Shown here piece after piece: positions 44,891 through 54,365 of a stretch of DNA of 64,000 bases (positions within the stretch are counted from its first letter, which is position 1; the number at the start of each line of letters is the position of its first letter). Source of the stretch: a phage. Both the position numbers and the translations under genes were made by a program. The stretch lies in assembly GCA_012212665.1 (NCBI GenBank), contig GCA_012212665.1_4517.1. One strand, 5' to 3'. The notes under the pieces are model-generated. The model saw only the letters and a list, made by a program, of their open reading frames with translations, was not told the DNA's origin and made no database searches.

Positions 44891-45577
44891 TTAGAAGTCG
44901 TGGGTAGAATCGGCTTCCATCGCAATAACATAACTTACTTGAGAGCTTTCAAACTTGGCTGCAACTTTATCACCAGCTCCCCACAACATTACTTTATAGT
45001 TACCTGGCTGGATTTTCATATTAGCCATATTGATTACGAAGTTAAAGTTGTTAGAACCATCATAATCGGTAAGAGTCAAAGAGTACTTAGGACGAGTTAG
45101 TCCAGAATCTTCAACTTTATTATAGCCATTGATAACAATTTTACCATCTTTATTTGTAATAGCAATTGTATCAATCTGAAGACCACGTGAAACTCGAAGC
45201 AATTGTTGAAGGTCTTCAGCTTTAATTTCAGTAATCACAGAAGCCACTGGGAATTGAATTGGCTTATTAGGAAAAACAATGGTGCTCTTGTCGGCAGCAG
45301 GCCAATAAACTGTGGAACGTGTATCTGCAATTTTAATATTGCCATCAGTGTGCATTGAAATTTCAGCATCATCAGACACTAGACTCAAAATGCTTAAGAA
45401 GCTATTCAAATCATAAAGTGCTACGTCAAAATCAATTTCATCAGAGATATTTGCTTCCGCATAAGTGGTGCCATTAACTGCACGGGTCATAATAAATTTA
45501 CCTTGACTCAGCAGAATACCGGAGTTAATAGAGGCAAAGTTTTTCAGAATAGCGATAGTATCTTTAGACAGTTTCAT
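44891..45577 (-). CDS. 45: Sliding clamp gp45
   Basis: 228 aa from MKLSKDTIAILKNFASINSGILL; matches T4 gp45. Confidence 0.9.
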   Translation of the reverse strand: MKLSKDTIAILKNFASINSGILLSQGKFIMTRAVNGTTYAEANISDEIDFDVALYDLNSFLSILSLVSDDAEISMHTDGNIKIADTRSTVYWPAADKSTIVFPNKPIQFPVASVITEIKAEDLQQLLRVSRGLQIDTIAITNKDGKIVINGYNKVEDSGLTRPKYSLTLTDYDGSNNFNFVINMANMKIQPGNYKVMLWGAGDKVAAKFESSQVSYVIAMEADSTHDF

Positions 45578-45617
45578 TTTATTTCCTTTCAAGACAATTC
45601 AAAGTATAACAAATTTA

Positions 45618-46034
45618 TTACGCAGCAACCATCTGCTTTTTAATAGCTTCAGGCAGCGATTCAATATATTCTGGAATTTTAGAAGCAACAATTTCGCCGG
45701 CTGCAATTAATTGTTCGTCGGCATCAACACAGTAGAAATCTTCCAGACGCTCAGAACCATCTTTATCAAGAACGATTTTTCCACCAGCTTCAATAGAATC
45801 TTTATAGTGCTTACGCATCAGATGAATCCACATATCAGATACATCGTTATCAATAAAACCATAAATCATAAAACGAGTTTCTTGTGGCAAAGATTGAAGC
45901 TTTTTAGCACTTGCGTCATCACAATGCAGGACCCATGCTTTACGAACACGATTATGGTTATGTGGGTTAGCGTCAGTACGGATAGAAGTAACTTTCAGAT
46001 CAGCAGCAGTGAAACCTTTAGCAGTAGTAAACAT
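45618..46034 (-). CDS. rpbA: RNA polymerase-binding protein RpbA
   Basis: 138 aa; position between 46 and 45 as in T4. Confidence 0.6.
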   Translation of the reverse strand: MFTTAKGFTAADLKVTSIRTDANPHNHNRVRKAWVLHCDDASAKKLQSLPQETRFMIYGFIDNDVSDMWIHLMRKHYKDSIEAGGKIVLDKDGSERLEDFYCVDADEQLIAAGEIVASKIPEYIESLPEAIKKQMVAA

Positions 46035-46046
46035 ATTATTTCTCTC

Positions 46047-46247
46047 TTATTCGTAGAAGTCAGTAACTGTCCATGCGGAATTGCGATTAGACATTATTTT
46101 ATTATACTCATCTTTAAAAGCAGATTTGAGCATTTGTTCAGTAACAATATGTTCTTCACCTGAAAACGTATTGGTCAAAACATATTTTTTAATTTCAGGG
46201 ACAACGAGAAGATGTTGACCGGTTGAATACTCCATGTTGTTCTCCAT
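46047..46247 (-). CDS. Hypothetical protein
   Basis: ORF of 66 aa. Confidence 0.45.
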   Translation of the reverse strand: MENNMEYSTGQHLLVVPEIKKYVLTNTFSGEEHIVTEQMLKSAFKDEYNKIMSNRNSAWTVTDFYE

Positions 46248-46289
46248 TTAATTTGATGTGGTCATTATAACCACATCGTGTTAAAGCGT

Positions 46290-47978
46290 TTATGAAACAG
46301 ACATTACAGTAAATCGTCCAACTTTACTCATCTGAAGATGTTGTCCATAAGCTTGTGGGTCATGGTCTCTGTGACTAATTATAAACACGTTTGCATCGGT
46401 TAGAGAGTTAAGAATTGTTGAAATAGCTTTAATACCTTCAGAATCAGTCGCGGAATCCATGACTTCGTCCATAATTAATGTATTGATTCTAACACCAGAG
46501 ACCTTTTCAGCAATATCTCGCCATGTAAACAACAATGCGATATCGATACGTGCCTTTTCACCTTGACTAAATGAAGCATAACTAAAATCTTCACGACCAC
46601 GTGATTTTATAGATTCATTGAATTCTTCATCAATAGAAAACACGTAATCGGCTTCCATGATTTTAAGATAATGGTTAATCTGCTTGTTGAACAGAGGCAC
46701 ATATTTTTTAATGATAGCACCTTTAATACCAGAATCTTTTAACATATCTGTGATAATACCACGATGGTATTTTTCAAGAACGATATCTGATTTTGTTTTA
46801 ATGATTTTATCAAGTTCTTTTTGAAGCAAAGCTATCTCATCGGCATGGTCGATAAATTCCGCCGAGGCTTGCTCTATTGCAGCTTTAACTTTCTTAGCTT
46901 TATCAATAGTGGCAATCATTGCTTGTTTCTTGGTACGGATATCGGATGCAAGGTCCTGTTTAGTCTTAACATTAGCTCGATATTCGTCCACTAGGACACT
47001 CAGATTATCTCTGTGGCAGGTAAGTTGCTCGAATGAGTGATTACATTCATGAAGCTTATCGGTAATCTTAGAGACAATAGGGTCACCCTGGTGCAACTGT
47101 GATGCGCAAGTAGGACATGTACCGCCATCATGATACATCTTAATAACTTTGTTATATGAGTCAATTTTAGATTTAATCAAGAATGCTTCTTGTCCGATCT
47201 TGTTGAATGCCTCAGTAGGGTCTTCGTCAAGAACGATATTAAGTAGACGCTCGTTAGCTTCTTCAATTTCTGCTTTTAATGAACGAGCTTCTTTGGCTAG
47301 GTCGTCATACATATTCTGTAGACGCGCTACATTATCGCCAGATAATTTCTTTTGACGTTCGATATTCTCGTTATAAATCTTAATTTGTTGGATAATACCA
47401 TCTTTCTTGGCATCGAGAACTTGTCCCTGGGAATTAAGTTCTCGAACTTGAGACTTATTGATTTTATCCATTTCAGCTAGTGTTCCAACTTCTAATAAGT
47501 CTTCAACAAGCTTTCTGCGAGCAGGGGTGCTAAGAGCCATGAAAGGGGTATACCCTGCCGTCCCAAGCACAACGATTTGTTTAAAAGACGCGTATGACAT
47601 TCCGATGCTACGTTCAAATTCTTCTTGGAAGTCCCGACTGCTGGCAGATTCATCAAGACGAACACCGTCAACGGAGATTTCGAAAATATTGGGCTTTTGG
47701 CCGCGTTTAATGAAGTATTTTTTACCATCGAATTCCATCCAAAGCTCAACTAAGAGCTCTTTCTTGTTCGTGCTATTAATGATTTGTCCTTTCTTAACAT
47801 CACGAAATGGTTTACCGAAAAGTCCGAAAGTAATGGCTTCTAACATCGTAGATTTACCACCACCATTTTTACCAGTGATTAATGTCTTTTGGACTTTATC
47901 TAATTGGATATCAATAGGATTCCCACCTACCGACATGATGTTTTGATAACGAACACGATTTAATTTAAATGATTTCAT
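46290..47978 (-). CDS. 46: Recombination nuclease subunit gp46 (Rad50/SbcC-like ATPase)
   Basis: 562 aa; Walker A GKNGGGKST, coiled-coil middle with CxxC hook (CPTC), signature/Walker B near the C-terminus. Confidence 0.9.
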   Translation of the reverse strand: MKSFKLNRVRYQNIMSVGGNPIDIQLDKVQKTLITGKNGGGKSTMLEAITFGLFGKPFRDVKKGQIINSTNKKELLVELWMEFDGKKYFIKRGQKPNIFEISVDGVRLDESASSRDFQEEFERSIGMSYASFKQIVVLGTAGYTPFMALSTPARRKLVEDLLEVGTLAEMDKINKSQVRELNSQGQVLDAKKDGIIQQIKIYNENIERQKKLSGDNVARLQNMYDDLAKEARSLKAEIEEANERLLNIVLDEDPTEAFNKIGQEAFLIKSKIDSYNKVIKMYHDGGTCPTCASQLHQGDPIVSKITDKLHECNHSFEQLTCHRDNLSVLVDEYRANVKTKQDLASDIRTKKQAMIATIDKAKKVKAAIEQASAEFIDHADEIALLQKELDKIIKTKSDIVLEKYHRGIITDMLKDSGIKGAIIKKYVPLFNKQINHYLKIMEADYVFSIDEEFNESIKSRGREDFSYASFSQGEKARIDIALLFTWRDIAEKVSGVRINTLIMDEVMDSATDSEGIKAISTILNSLTDANVFIISHRDHDPQAYGQHLQMSKVGRFTVMSVS

Positions 47979-48229
47979 ATGTATTCTCTTCGAATGAAGT
48001 CCTCTACATATTTTAACATGTCATCCCTATCAGCAAAATATTCATCTAGTTCTGCATACATAACAACACCTGGTGCGTACTCACAGGTAACATACATTGT
48101 TCCAAAGAAACGAGGAGTTGATTCCTCGTAATTCTCAGTCCATTCAACGATACCAATATAACCGTCACCAATACTAAATTCGTGACGATGGATTTCATAG
48201 TCAGTCTTCGTTATTATACGCATCCTCAA
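47975..48229 (-). CDS. Hypothetical protein
   Basis: ORF of 84 aa between 47 and 46. Confidence 0.45.
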   Translation of the reverse strand: MRMRIITKTDYEIHRHEFSIGDGYIGIVEWTENYEESTPRFFGTMYVTCEYAPGVVMYAELDEYFADRDDMLKYVEDFIRREYI

Positions 48230-48458
48230 TACACGCTTCAGCCATTTTAAGAATAGAGCCAGGAGTATCGTTGTCCATTATATTAAAGCTAAATTCAATA
48301 GCCCAGTCGGTACAGACATGAACGGCTTTAACTTCATTGCCTTCAACGCGTAACGGCTCAATCCAATACTTGATAGTGTTCTCGAATCCATCATCATCTT
48401 TAACGTCTATTTCAACTTCAAGCCCAAGCCCAGCATTGTTAAATTCATCTAAAGTCAT
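48201..48458 (-). CDS. Hypothetical acidic protein
   Basis: ORF of 85 aa. Confidence 0.45.
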   Translation of the reverse strand: MTLDEFNNAGLGLEVEIDVKDDDGFENTIKYWIEPLRVEGNEVKAVHVCTDWAIEFSFNIMDNDTPGSILKMAEACIEDAYNNED

Positions 48459-49474
48459 TGTGTTGCCTCAATATAAAGTTCGTTGGAATATTTGACCAGC
48501 GCTTCTCTGTCTTCGTCTGAGATATCTGGAATCGCGTCAATATATTCTTTAATGATATCTTGAAGTGATTTAATCTCGATTTCCTGGTCGTCATCAGATT
48601 CAACACTGTTATCAACTTTAGAAACCATACGAAGAGAGTGAACTACTTTTTCAAGTTCAGATTCAAACTTAGTCAACTCTGAATCAATTTCTGATACTAT
48701 AACACGTACGGCTAGATTAGTATAATCAGAATAATTGATTTTGCCTTTAAATGGATAAGTGATTCGTCGATGCCATGTCGTTTCATTAGGAATAAATTCC
48801 ATACGTTCAACATCAGTGTCAAATACCCAGAATCCACGTGGGTCGTTCTCGTCACCTGCAGTAAGGGTCCATGGTGTCCCAATATATTTGACGTTAGCAG
48901 CTTCAGAGATTGTGTGGAAGTGGCCGGACCAGACTTGTTTATAGGTCTTTAAGAAATCAGGTTCAAGCCCATGAGACTTCATTCCTTTATAGAAATAAAA
49001 GCCATTCAGTTCCCAGTGCCCAACACAATACGCAGCAGAAGAAGTCTTGATATGCTCTAAGATTTCACCTGTATTTTCTTCACACATCCATGGAACGATA
49101 TCAATCAGACATCCATCAAAATCTACAGTAGTTGGATGTTCGTAAATAGTAAAGTTTTCAAATTGAGTTAACAATTCAGAAACAGTGTTAGGTGTTATTG
49201 TATTCTTAAACGCCATGTCATGGTTTCCTATCGTGACATGAACGTGAATGCCTGCTTTAGAAATCATATCAACGATTTCACGATTGAATTCCATTGTACG
49301 ATGTGTTATTGCTTTACGGACGTCGAACCAATCACCGTACTGAATCCAAGTTTTAATCCCGTGTTTCTTAGAGTATTCAATTGCTTGACGAATACCATCA
49401 CGTTGAATATCTTGAACCCATGGGTCATCTTGTTTGACTCCGATATGGAAGTCTCCTAAGTGCAAAATTTTCAT
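48455..49474 (-). CDS. 47: Recombination nuclease subunit gp47 (Mre11/SbcD-like phosphoesterase)
   Basis: 339 aa; calcineurin-like motifs (HLGDFH, GNHD, GHFH). Confidence 0.9.
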   Translation of the reverse strand: MKILHLGDFHIGVKQDDPWVQDIQRDGIRQAIEYSKKHGIKTWIQYGDWFDVRKAITHRTMEFNREIVDMISKAGIHVHVTIGNHDMAFKNTITPNTVSELLTQFENFTIYEHPTTVDFDGCLIDIVPWMCEENTGEILEHIKTSSAAYCVGHWELNGFYFYKGMKSHGLEPDFLKTYKQVWSGHFHTISEAANVKYIGTPWTLTAGDENDPRGFWVFDTDVERMEFIPNETTWHRRITYPFKGKINYSDYTNLAVRVIVSEIDSELTKFESELEKVVHSLRMVSKVDNSVESDDDQEIEIKSLQDIIKEYIDAIPDISDEDREALVKYSNELYIEATQ

Positions 49475-49497
49475 ATTATTTCCTCATTAGTTAATTC

Positions 49498-49522
49498 ATT
49501 CTATCATCCGTTTATAAAGCAA
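49498..49522 (-). promoter_or_regulatory. MotA-dependent middle promoter upstream of gene 47
   Basis: Minus strand TTGCTTTAT (MotA box) -11 nt- TAGAAT; GGATGATAGAAT identical to the gene 39 middle promoter. Confidence 0.6.
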
Positions 49523-49544
49523 AAAAGGAACTCCGAAGAGTTCC
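49513..49544 (-). terminator. Intrinsic terminator overlapping the MotA box
   Basis: Minus-strand hairpin GGAACUC-UUCG-GAGUUCC followed by UUUUUUGCUUU. Confidence 0.6.
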
Positions 49545-49717
49545 TATCCACATAGTACACCGTACAGAGGCTCATTTGGACTTTTAAATCGAATGGGCTT
49601 GTACGTAATAGTTCCTTCGGCTTTAGCTTTATCATAAGACTCTTTAAAACGTCTCATTCTTTCTGCTTTGCCTTTACGGATTTTATCGAAATTTTCAGAA
49701 GTCGGGATGTTCATCAT
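49544..49717 (-). CDS. Small hypothetical basic protein (57 aa)
   Basis: Unannotated ORF with GAGAGGTG Shine-Dalgarno-like sequence; its stop abuts the terminator hairpin. Confidence 0.3.
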   Translation of the reverse strand: MMNIPTSENFDKIRKGKAERMRRFKESYDKAKAEGTITYKPIRFKSPNEPLYGVLCG

Positions 49718-49756
49718 GCATAAGCACCTCTCGGAAAATGCCTAAATCGATTTCTC

Positions 49757-49978
49757 TCATCGTTTCCACCATTTCTTAACTTGAAATGAATCAACCCACA
49801 CGAGTTGTTTTGGGTCTGCCTTTACAATAGGCGGACAAATTTCTGTAATAGAACCGTCGTGATATTCCTTTTCAGAAATTTTAACACAAAGAGGACCACC
49901 CAATTTAACGGTGAACCCTGCGTTCAGCTTCAGACGTTTAAACTTTGTTTGAACTAGCGCCATTAATGATGTCCTCAA
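49757..49978 (-). CDS. Hypothetical protein
   Basis: ORF of 73 aa in the interval where T4 carries alpha-gt. Confidence 0.4.
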   Translation of the reverse strand: MRTSLMALVQTKFKRLKLNAGFTVKLGGPLCVKISEKEYHDGSITEICPPIVKADPKQLVWVDSFQVKKWWKR

Positions 49979-50261
49979 TAGCCTGACGAGTAGTAACCCA
50001 CTGGATTTTAATTAACTTGTCATTATATGGTTGTCGTAGAATATCCCGAGATTTCTTAATAGCGTATTCGTAAGCTTCGAAGTTGTTTTGAATTGCTGCT
50101 TCTTGAGCATGAGCATAAAGACGGTTTAGTTCAAAACGATTCTTTTTAAGAATCTTTTCGGATTTTTTACGTGCTTCAGCTTCGTTTTTCTTTTGGATTT
50201 CTTGTAGCATTTTAGCTACTGCATCTTCTGCTTCTTTATTTTCAATAATCTCGGTAGTCAT
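49938..50261 (-). CDS. Hypothetical protein
   Basis: ORF of 107 aa, Lys/Glu-rich, in the alpha-gt interval. Confidence 0.45.
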   Translation of the reverse strand: MTTEIIENKEAEDAVAKMLQEIQKKNEAEARKKSEKILKKNRFELNRLYAHAQEAAIQNNFEAYEYAIKKSRDILRQPYNDKLIKIQWVTTRQAIEDIINGASSNKV

Positions 50262-50262
50262 A

Positions 50263-50478
50263 TTATCTCATTAAATTAAAATAAAAACGTCCGTCCTCTT
50301 CAATACAGAACTCGTACTCAACTGGAGTCCCATTTATCGAAAATGACACGTCATGTGGGTTCAAAGGGTCGATGTCAAAATTAATTTTAAATTCTCGGCC
50401 CAACAGTTTTACCAAATAAGGGATTGCTTCGTCAAAAGGTTCTTCTAAGTAGTTAGAGATGTCAATTGTCATCCTCAT
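50263..50478 (-). CDS. Hypothetical protein
   Basis: ORF immediately downstream of gene 55; start placed at an internal Met to limit overlap. Confidence 0.4.
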   Translation of the reverse strand: MRMTIDISNYLEEPFDEAIPYLVKLLGREFKINFDIDPLNPHDVSFSINGTPVEYEFCIEEDGRFYFNLMR

Positions 50479-51037
50479 ATAAAAAATCCAAACTAGGTGA
50501 ATCGCTAACAACTTCCTTCTTTTCAGCCCCAGGAGCTTTATAAGCGGATTCTTCATAATGCGTCATTTTATCGTAGATGTCTTGAATAAACGTTTCATCT
50601 ACCAACGCTACCATATCATCGTCATGACTGTCGTAGACATTATGAACGAAGTAACTATATTTCTTTGCAACTTCCTTACGTTCTTTTTTGATACGTTGGA
50701 CAAAAGCATTAAAACAAGCTCGAGTTATGTATGCATGTGGGTTATTGTACTTAGTTTCGTCGAAATTATGAAGTCCCTTAATAGAGGCTTCAATCCCATC
50801 TGCAATCATCTCCTGCTTCCAAGACTGGGTATATCCTGAAAAGTTGAAACGTTTGGACAGGCCTTCGGCGATAAGCATAATTGCTAAACCGATGGTATCA
50901 TTCTGACGAATAATTTTGTTTGGGTCTTTATTATTTAAGAGCTCCTTTTTCCACTCGATTATAGCAGCGAGAAGCTCTTTATTATTCACATAGTTATTTT
51001 TAGGTTTTTGTTCAGTCATAAGTACCTCTTGGCTCAA
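50462..51037 (-). CDS. 55: Late sigma factor gp55
   Basis: 191 aa; long identical blocks to T4 gp55 ([77 protein letters not shown]). Confidence 0.92.
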   Translation of the reverse strand: MSQEVLMTEQKPKNNYVNNKELLAAIIEWKKELLNNKDPNKIIRQNDTIGLAIMLIAEGLSKRFNFSGYTQSWKQEMIADGIEASIKGLHNFDETKYNNPHAYITRACFNAFVQRIKKERKEVAKKYSYFVHNVYDSHDDDMVALVDETFIQDIYDKMTHYEESAYKAPGAEKKEVVSDSPSLDFLYEDDN

Positions 51038-51091
51038 TTCATAGGTCTATTATATCATAATATTTAGAGACCTATCTTAAAGCACGAGATA

Positions 51092-51361
51092 CTATCGGAG
51101 CAAACAATAAGCCTGAAACACTTTTTCCATTAAACGTTTGAACTCATGGATATCGATATAAAGCTCAGTAAGACCGGCGTTATAAAGAAAATCTAAAAAG
51201 TTCTCATGTGTTTCGTTATAGTCGCCTTCGTTTAATTGAGATACATGAGATTCCCAAAAACCGACACCTTTAACAAATGGAAAATACGTAACTTTCATAA
51301 AGTTGTCGACGTAAAATTCGCCCAGCTTTTCTTCAGTTATACTGATTCGAGTTAATTTCAT
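51092..51361 (-). CDS. Hypothetical protein (55.x)
   Basis: ORF of 89 aa. Confidence 0.45.
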   Translation of the reverse strand: MKLTRISITEEKLGEFYVDNFMKVTYFPFVKGVGFWESHVSQLNEGDYNETHENFLDFLYNAGLTELYIDIHEFKRLMEKVFQAYCLLR

Positions 51362-51585
51362 TCTAGTTCCTTTGCTGCAAATAAGGCAGCATCCAATGAA
51401 TCAAATTGGTCAACGAAATCAATATTCAACGCATCGTCAACCGTAGCATATAACCACCATTGTTTGAATTCGTATTCTAGAATAAATCCAGGACCTTCAA
51501 TCTGAGGAAGACCTAGGCTATTTGTACCAACTTCGTAACCAGCTAGACGCAGGTCATTAATCAAAGTTTCTGTTAATACGCTCAT
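51358..51585 (-). CDS. Hypothetical protein (55.x)
   Basis: ORF of 75 aa; ATGA overlap with its neighbour. Confidence 0.45.
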   Translation of the reverse strand: MSVLTETLINDLRLAGYEVGTNSLGLPQIEGPGFILEYEFKQWWLYATVDDALNIDFVDQFDSLDAALFAAKELE

Positions 51586-51914
51586 TTTACCGCCTTAACA
51601 ATTTTCAGGTCAACGAATTTTTTCTTACGTTGATTTTTCATACGACGGATAGTCTTTTCAGAGATTTCATGTTTCTGATAAGCTTTAGATTCAACACCAA
51701 ATGCAGCAACGTCAAATTCAGAAAGAATATATTGTACTAGAATTTCGCGAATAGAATTACGTCCAATTTTCTGGTCGTGTTTTTGCATGATTTCATAAAG
51801 ACGGAATTCCCACGCGTCAAGAACTTGAGGAGTAACAATATTGCCGGATTCCAGAAGAGCAACAACTTTATCGAAAGCGAAAGAATTAACTACGTTTTTG
51901 ATTTTAGTAGACAT
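51582..51914 (-). CDS. Hypothetical protein (55.x)
   Basis: ORF; start placed at the internal Met preceded by a GAGGAAA Shine-Dalgarno. Confidence 0.45.
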   Translation of the reverse strand: MSTKIKNVVNSFAFDKVVALLESGNIVTPQVLDAWEFRLYEIMQKHDQKIGRNSIREILVQYILSEFDVAAFGVESKAYQKHEISEKTIRRMKNQRKKKFVDLKIVKAVK

Positions 51915-51951
51915 ATTATTTTCCTCGGTTATTTTATTATCCAATGAGAGA

Positions 51952-51980
51952 ATTATACTCATCTCTCAAGAGTTTGTATA
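51952..51980 (-). promoter_or_regulatory. Early promoter (copy of the ndd-type promoter block)
   Basis: GAGAATTATACTCATCTCTCAAGAGTTTGTA closely matches 7281..7315. Confidence 0.45.
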
Positions 51981-52220
51981 TTATTTTTTAAGCATGAAAA
52001 GTAAGTAATTTGTATCACGTGGAGTAATATCAACACCCATATCAAAGATGCCTTTATAGATTGGGTATTTGTTTTCGGTTGTATCGAAGCTGAAACTATT
52101 TCCATCACAACTAACAGTAATAGCATCTGTTAAAATGTCATACTCAATCCTAACAATTGAATTACCAATTTTAACGTCGAGGTGTTTTTTGAATTTGATA
52201 AAATCTAATTCTTGGGCCAT
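51981..52220 (-). CDS. Hypothetical protein (55.x)
   Basis: ORF of 79 aa. Confidence 0.45.
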   Translation of the reverse strand: MAQELDFIKFKKHLDVKIGNSIVRIEYDILTDAITVSCDGNSFSFDTTENKYPIYKGIFDMGVDITPRDTNYLLFMLKK

Positions 52221-52283
52221 GATATTTTCCTCATTTTAAGACGATAGGAAGATAATAACATGTCTTCCTATCGTTGTACATTA

Positions 52284-52496
52284 TTAACCGAACTTTTTAG
52301 CGCCTTTCCAGCCTTCGTACATAGTTGCGCAAGTCAATAGCACAGCATGTTGACATTCTTTGTATTTGTAAATCCAGAACCAACGTAAAAAGTCTTCATC
52401 CTCAACACCGTTGAGTTTCATATTGGCAAAGAATTCGGCACGTTCTTCACGAAGTTGCCATGACACAATATTTTCAGGATTCATTTTGTGTTCCAC
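52284..52496 (-). CDS. Hypothetical protein (55.x)
   Basis: ORF of 70 aa. Confidence 0.4.
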   Translation of the reverse strand: MEHKMNPENIVSWQLREERAEFFANMKLNGVEDEDFLRWFWIYKYKECQHAVLLTCATMYEGWKGAKKFG

Positions 52497-52615
52497 GCCC
52501 CGTTTTCGTCGATGAACTTAATCCAGTCATTTACAGACCATTTAGTTGTATCACCCTTTGGATTAGCATTTAAAGTATATAATCCCTGCTTAAAAAGCAT
52601 TCGTTTGATATTCAT
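52481..52615 (-). CDS. Hypothetical small protein
   Basis: Start placed at the internal Met with a GAGGAAA Shine-Dalgarno; the longer ORF would overlap its neighbour. Confidence 0.35.
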   Translation of the reverse strand: MNIKRMLFKQGLYTLNANPKGDTTKWSVNDWIKFIDENGAWNTK

Positions 52616-52622
52616 AATTTCC

Positions 52623-52916
52623 TCAACTATAACGATAACATTCATTAGCTTTACGTTTGGCTTCAGTATGAGAAGTATTATAATCATAATCTTCTTTACT
52701 GTAAACATCTTTTTTCAACTTACGAACTTCTTTGCGGAGTTGTCGATTCATTTCGTTCTTGACTTCGGAATCAACGCCTTTCATACGTTTCCATTTATCT
52801 GAGCGGAAAATGTTTTCAACCATGTCTTTGTGGCTAACACCGTCAGGAGCTTTACGTTTACCAAAATAGTCGTAATCACGAACTTTCAAATCTTTACGAC
52901 GATACGTTTTACCCAT
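52623..52916 (-). CDS. Hypothetical basic protein
   Basis: Lys/Arg-rich ORF; start placed at an internal Met. Confidence 0.4.
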   Translation of the reverse strand: MGKTYRRKDLKVRDYDYFGKRKAPDGVSHKDMVENIFRSDKWKRMKGVDSEVKNEMNRQLRKEVRKLKKDVYSKEDYDYNTSHTEAKRKANECYRYS

Positions 52917-52923
52917 AAGTACC

Positions 52924-53172
52924 TCAGAGGTTGATTGATACGACACGTTTGATAAAATTCACTTCACTTACTGAAAGGTCTTTGAGACCGATTGATTCTA
53001 AACGCTGAGTAAGCGTCAACATCGGGATATAATCCCATTGTGTTTTAGTCGTTTGATAAGTACGGACGCCATTAGCAATTTCAACATGTAAATCGGAAAT
53101 GGTAATGAATACCAGTCGCTCGTCATTAACTTTAAGGGTTAGAACAACTTTCTTTGAATCTAAACTAATCAT
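52924..53172 (-). CDS. Hypothetical protein (55.x)
   Basis: ORF of 82 aa. Confidence 0.45.
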   Translation of the reverse strand: MISLDSKKVVLTLKVNDERLVFITISDLHVEIANGVRTYQTTKTQWDYIPMLTLTQRLESIGLKDLSVSEVNFIKRVVSINL

Positions 53173-53351
53173 GGCTTAATTTCCTTCGCAATTGAACAAA
53201 AGATACCACGGTCACAAAGCATTTCACCAATTTCTGGATATTTGATTGAACGGTACCAAACATCCAGGCTTGAAACTCTGGTTATCTGTACTGCATTACC
53301 GTTGACAGAATAGTACTGGTCAACCTTAATTTCTTTATCTTCAATTGTCAT
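53169..53351 (-). CDS. Hypothetical protein
   Basis: Start placed at the internal Met with a GAGGAAAA Shine-Dalgarno downstream of a promoter. Confidence 0.4.
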   Translation of the reverse strand: MTIEDKEIKVDQYYSVNGNAVQITRVSSLDVWYRSIKYPEIGEMLCDRGIFCSIAKEIKP

Positions 53352-53379
53352 TTTATTTTCCTCTATAGTAGATGGTTTA

Positions 53380-53408
53380 ATCTTAACACATCTATTGAGG
53401 ATGTAAAC
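53380..53408 (-). promoter_or_regulatory. Early promoter
   Basis: Minus strand GTTTACATCC-17 nt-TAAGAT. Confidence 0.45.
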
Positions 53409-53485
53409 TGTTTTATGAAAATATTTTTGATTTGAGAGGGGCACAAGGAGATAGTGAAGTGAAGATTCCAATGGATTATATTAGA

Positions 53486-53518
53486 AATGAGATAAAGAAG
53501 ACCAGGCGGCACCTGGTC
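53486..53518 (-). terminator. Terminator-like hairpin downstream of the nrdH-like gene
   Basis: Minus-strand GACCAGG-UGCCG-CCUGGUC overlapping the stop codon, followed by a U-rich tract. Confidence 0.45.
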
Positions 53519-53840
53519 AATCTTCTATGATATCGGAGTCATATCCTAATGAAATCAAGGACTTTTTAAACTCTGCAATATTCTTTTGTTTCTTATCATT
53601 TAAAAATATGACAGGATAACGAATATTAAGTGAAGTGAATCCTGCACGTTTAGCAAGAGATACGATTAAAGGACGGTCATATTCAATCTTACCATTATTA
53701 GTGAGGACTTTATAAAATGTATAAGGAGCATTGAGCTCCTTTAAAAGTTTTGTAACAGTATAACATCCCGGACAACGTCCTACTTCTTCAGGGATGCCAT
53801 AAATTTCAATCTTGTTCTTTAAGTTCGAGTTTTGTTCCAC
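53517..53840 (-). CDS. nrdH: NrdH/glutaredoxin-like small redoxin (CPGC motif), probable GTG start
   Basis: KIEIYGIPEEVGRCPGCY...GKIEYDRPLIVSLAKRAGFTSLNIRYPVIF; no in-frame ATG near the N-terminus, but a GTG with AAGGAA 9 nt upstream. Confidence 0.5.
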   Translation of the reverse strand: MEQNSNLKNKIEIYGIPEEVGRCPGCYTVTKLLKELNAPYTFYKVLTNNGKIEYDRPLIVSLAKRAGFTSLNIRYPVIFLNDKKQKNIAEFKKSLISLGYDSDIIED

Positions 53841-54123
53841 GAGAAATAATTCCTTGGTAAGCCCAATAAGGAGGATTAACAGAATCCTCGCCAGAGTTTT
53901 CTTCAGGAAAATAAACCTGGATAACAAATCCAGATTCATCAAAGGTAAAATAAACTGTAGGCAGTTCACCTAACAATTCGGCACGAGCATTAATTTCTTC
54001 GAGATCTCGTTCACGTCCAGCCCAAAAACTAGGATTTAGACTACATTCGTAAAAATAATAGTCATTACCGAACATATCAAACCCCTTCCAACTCTCTACC
54101 ACATACCGCTCAAAACTAATCAT
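53806..54123 (-). CDS. Hypothetical acidic protein
   Basis: ORF of 105 aa; its 3' end overlaps the 5' end of the nrdH-like gene in another frame. Confidence 0.45.
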   Translation of the reverse strand: MISFERYVVESWKGFDMFGNDYYFYECSLNPSFWAGRERDLEEINARAELLGELPTVYFTFDESGFVIQVYFPEENSGEDSVNPPYWAYQGIISRGTKLELKEQD

Positions 54124-54125
54124 AA

Positions 54126-54365
54126 TTAAGCCTTTTTATCAAGAACAGAATTCAGTTTATTAGTAATTTTGTCCAAACGTTCATTGAATTCGCTGGAGGA
54201 TAAACCCTTTTCCGGAGAAATTAAACTAATCACGAAAAATACAACAGTAAAAGGAATAAGAAAAATAGCTCCAACTGCCATAAACAAAAAGAACGTTACA
54301 GTTGTAAGAAAATCAGCTAAACCTTTACGAAATTTATACATATTTACCCTTAATTGGTTAACCAA
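54126..54365 (-). CDS. Small membrane protein
   Basis: 79 aa with a hydrophobic central segment. Confidence 0.45.
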   Translation of the reverse strand: MVNQLRVNMYKFRKGLADFLTTVTFFLFMAVGAIFLIPFTVVFFVISLISPEKGLSSSEFNERLDKITNKLNSVLDKKA

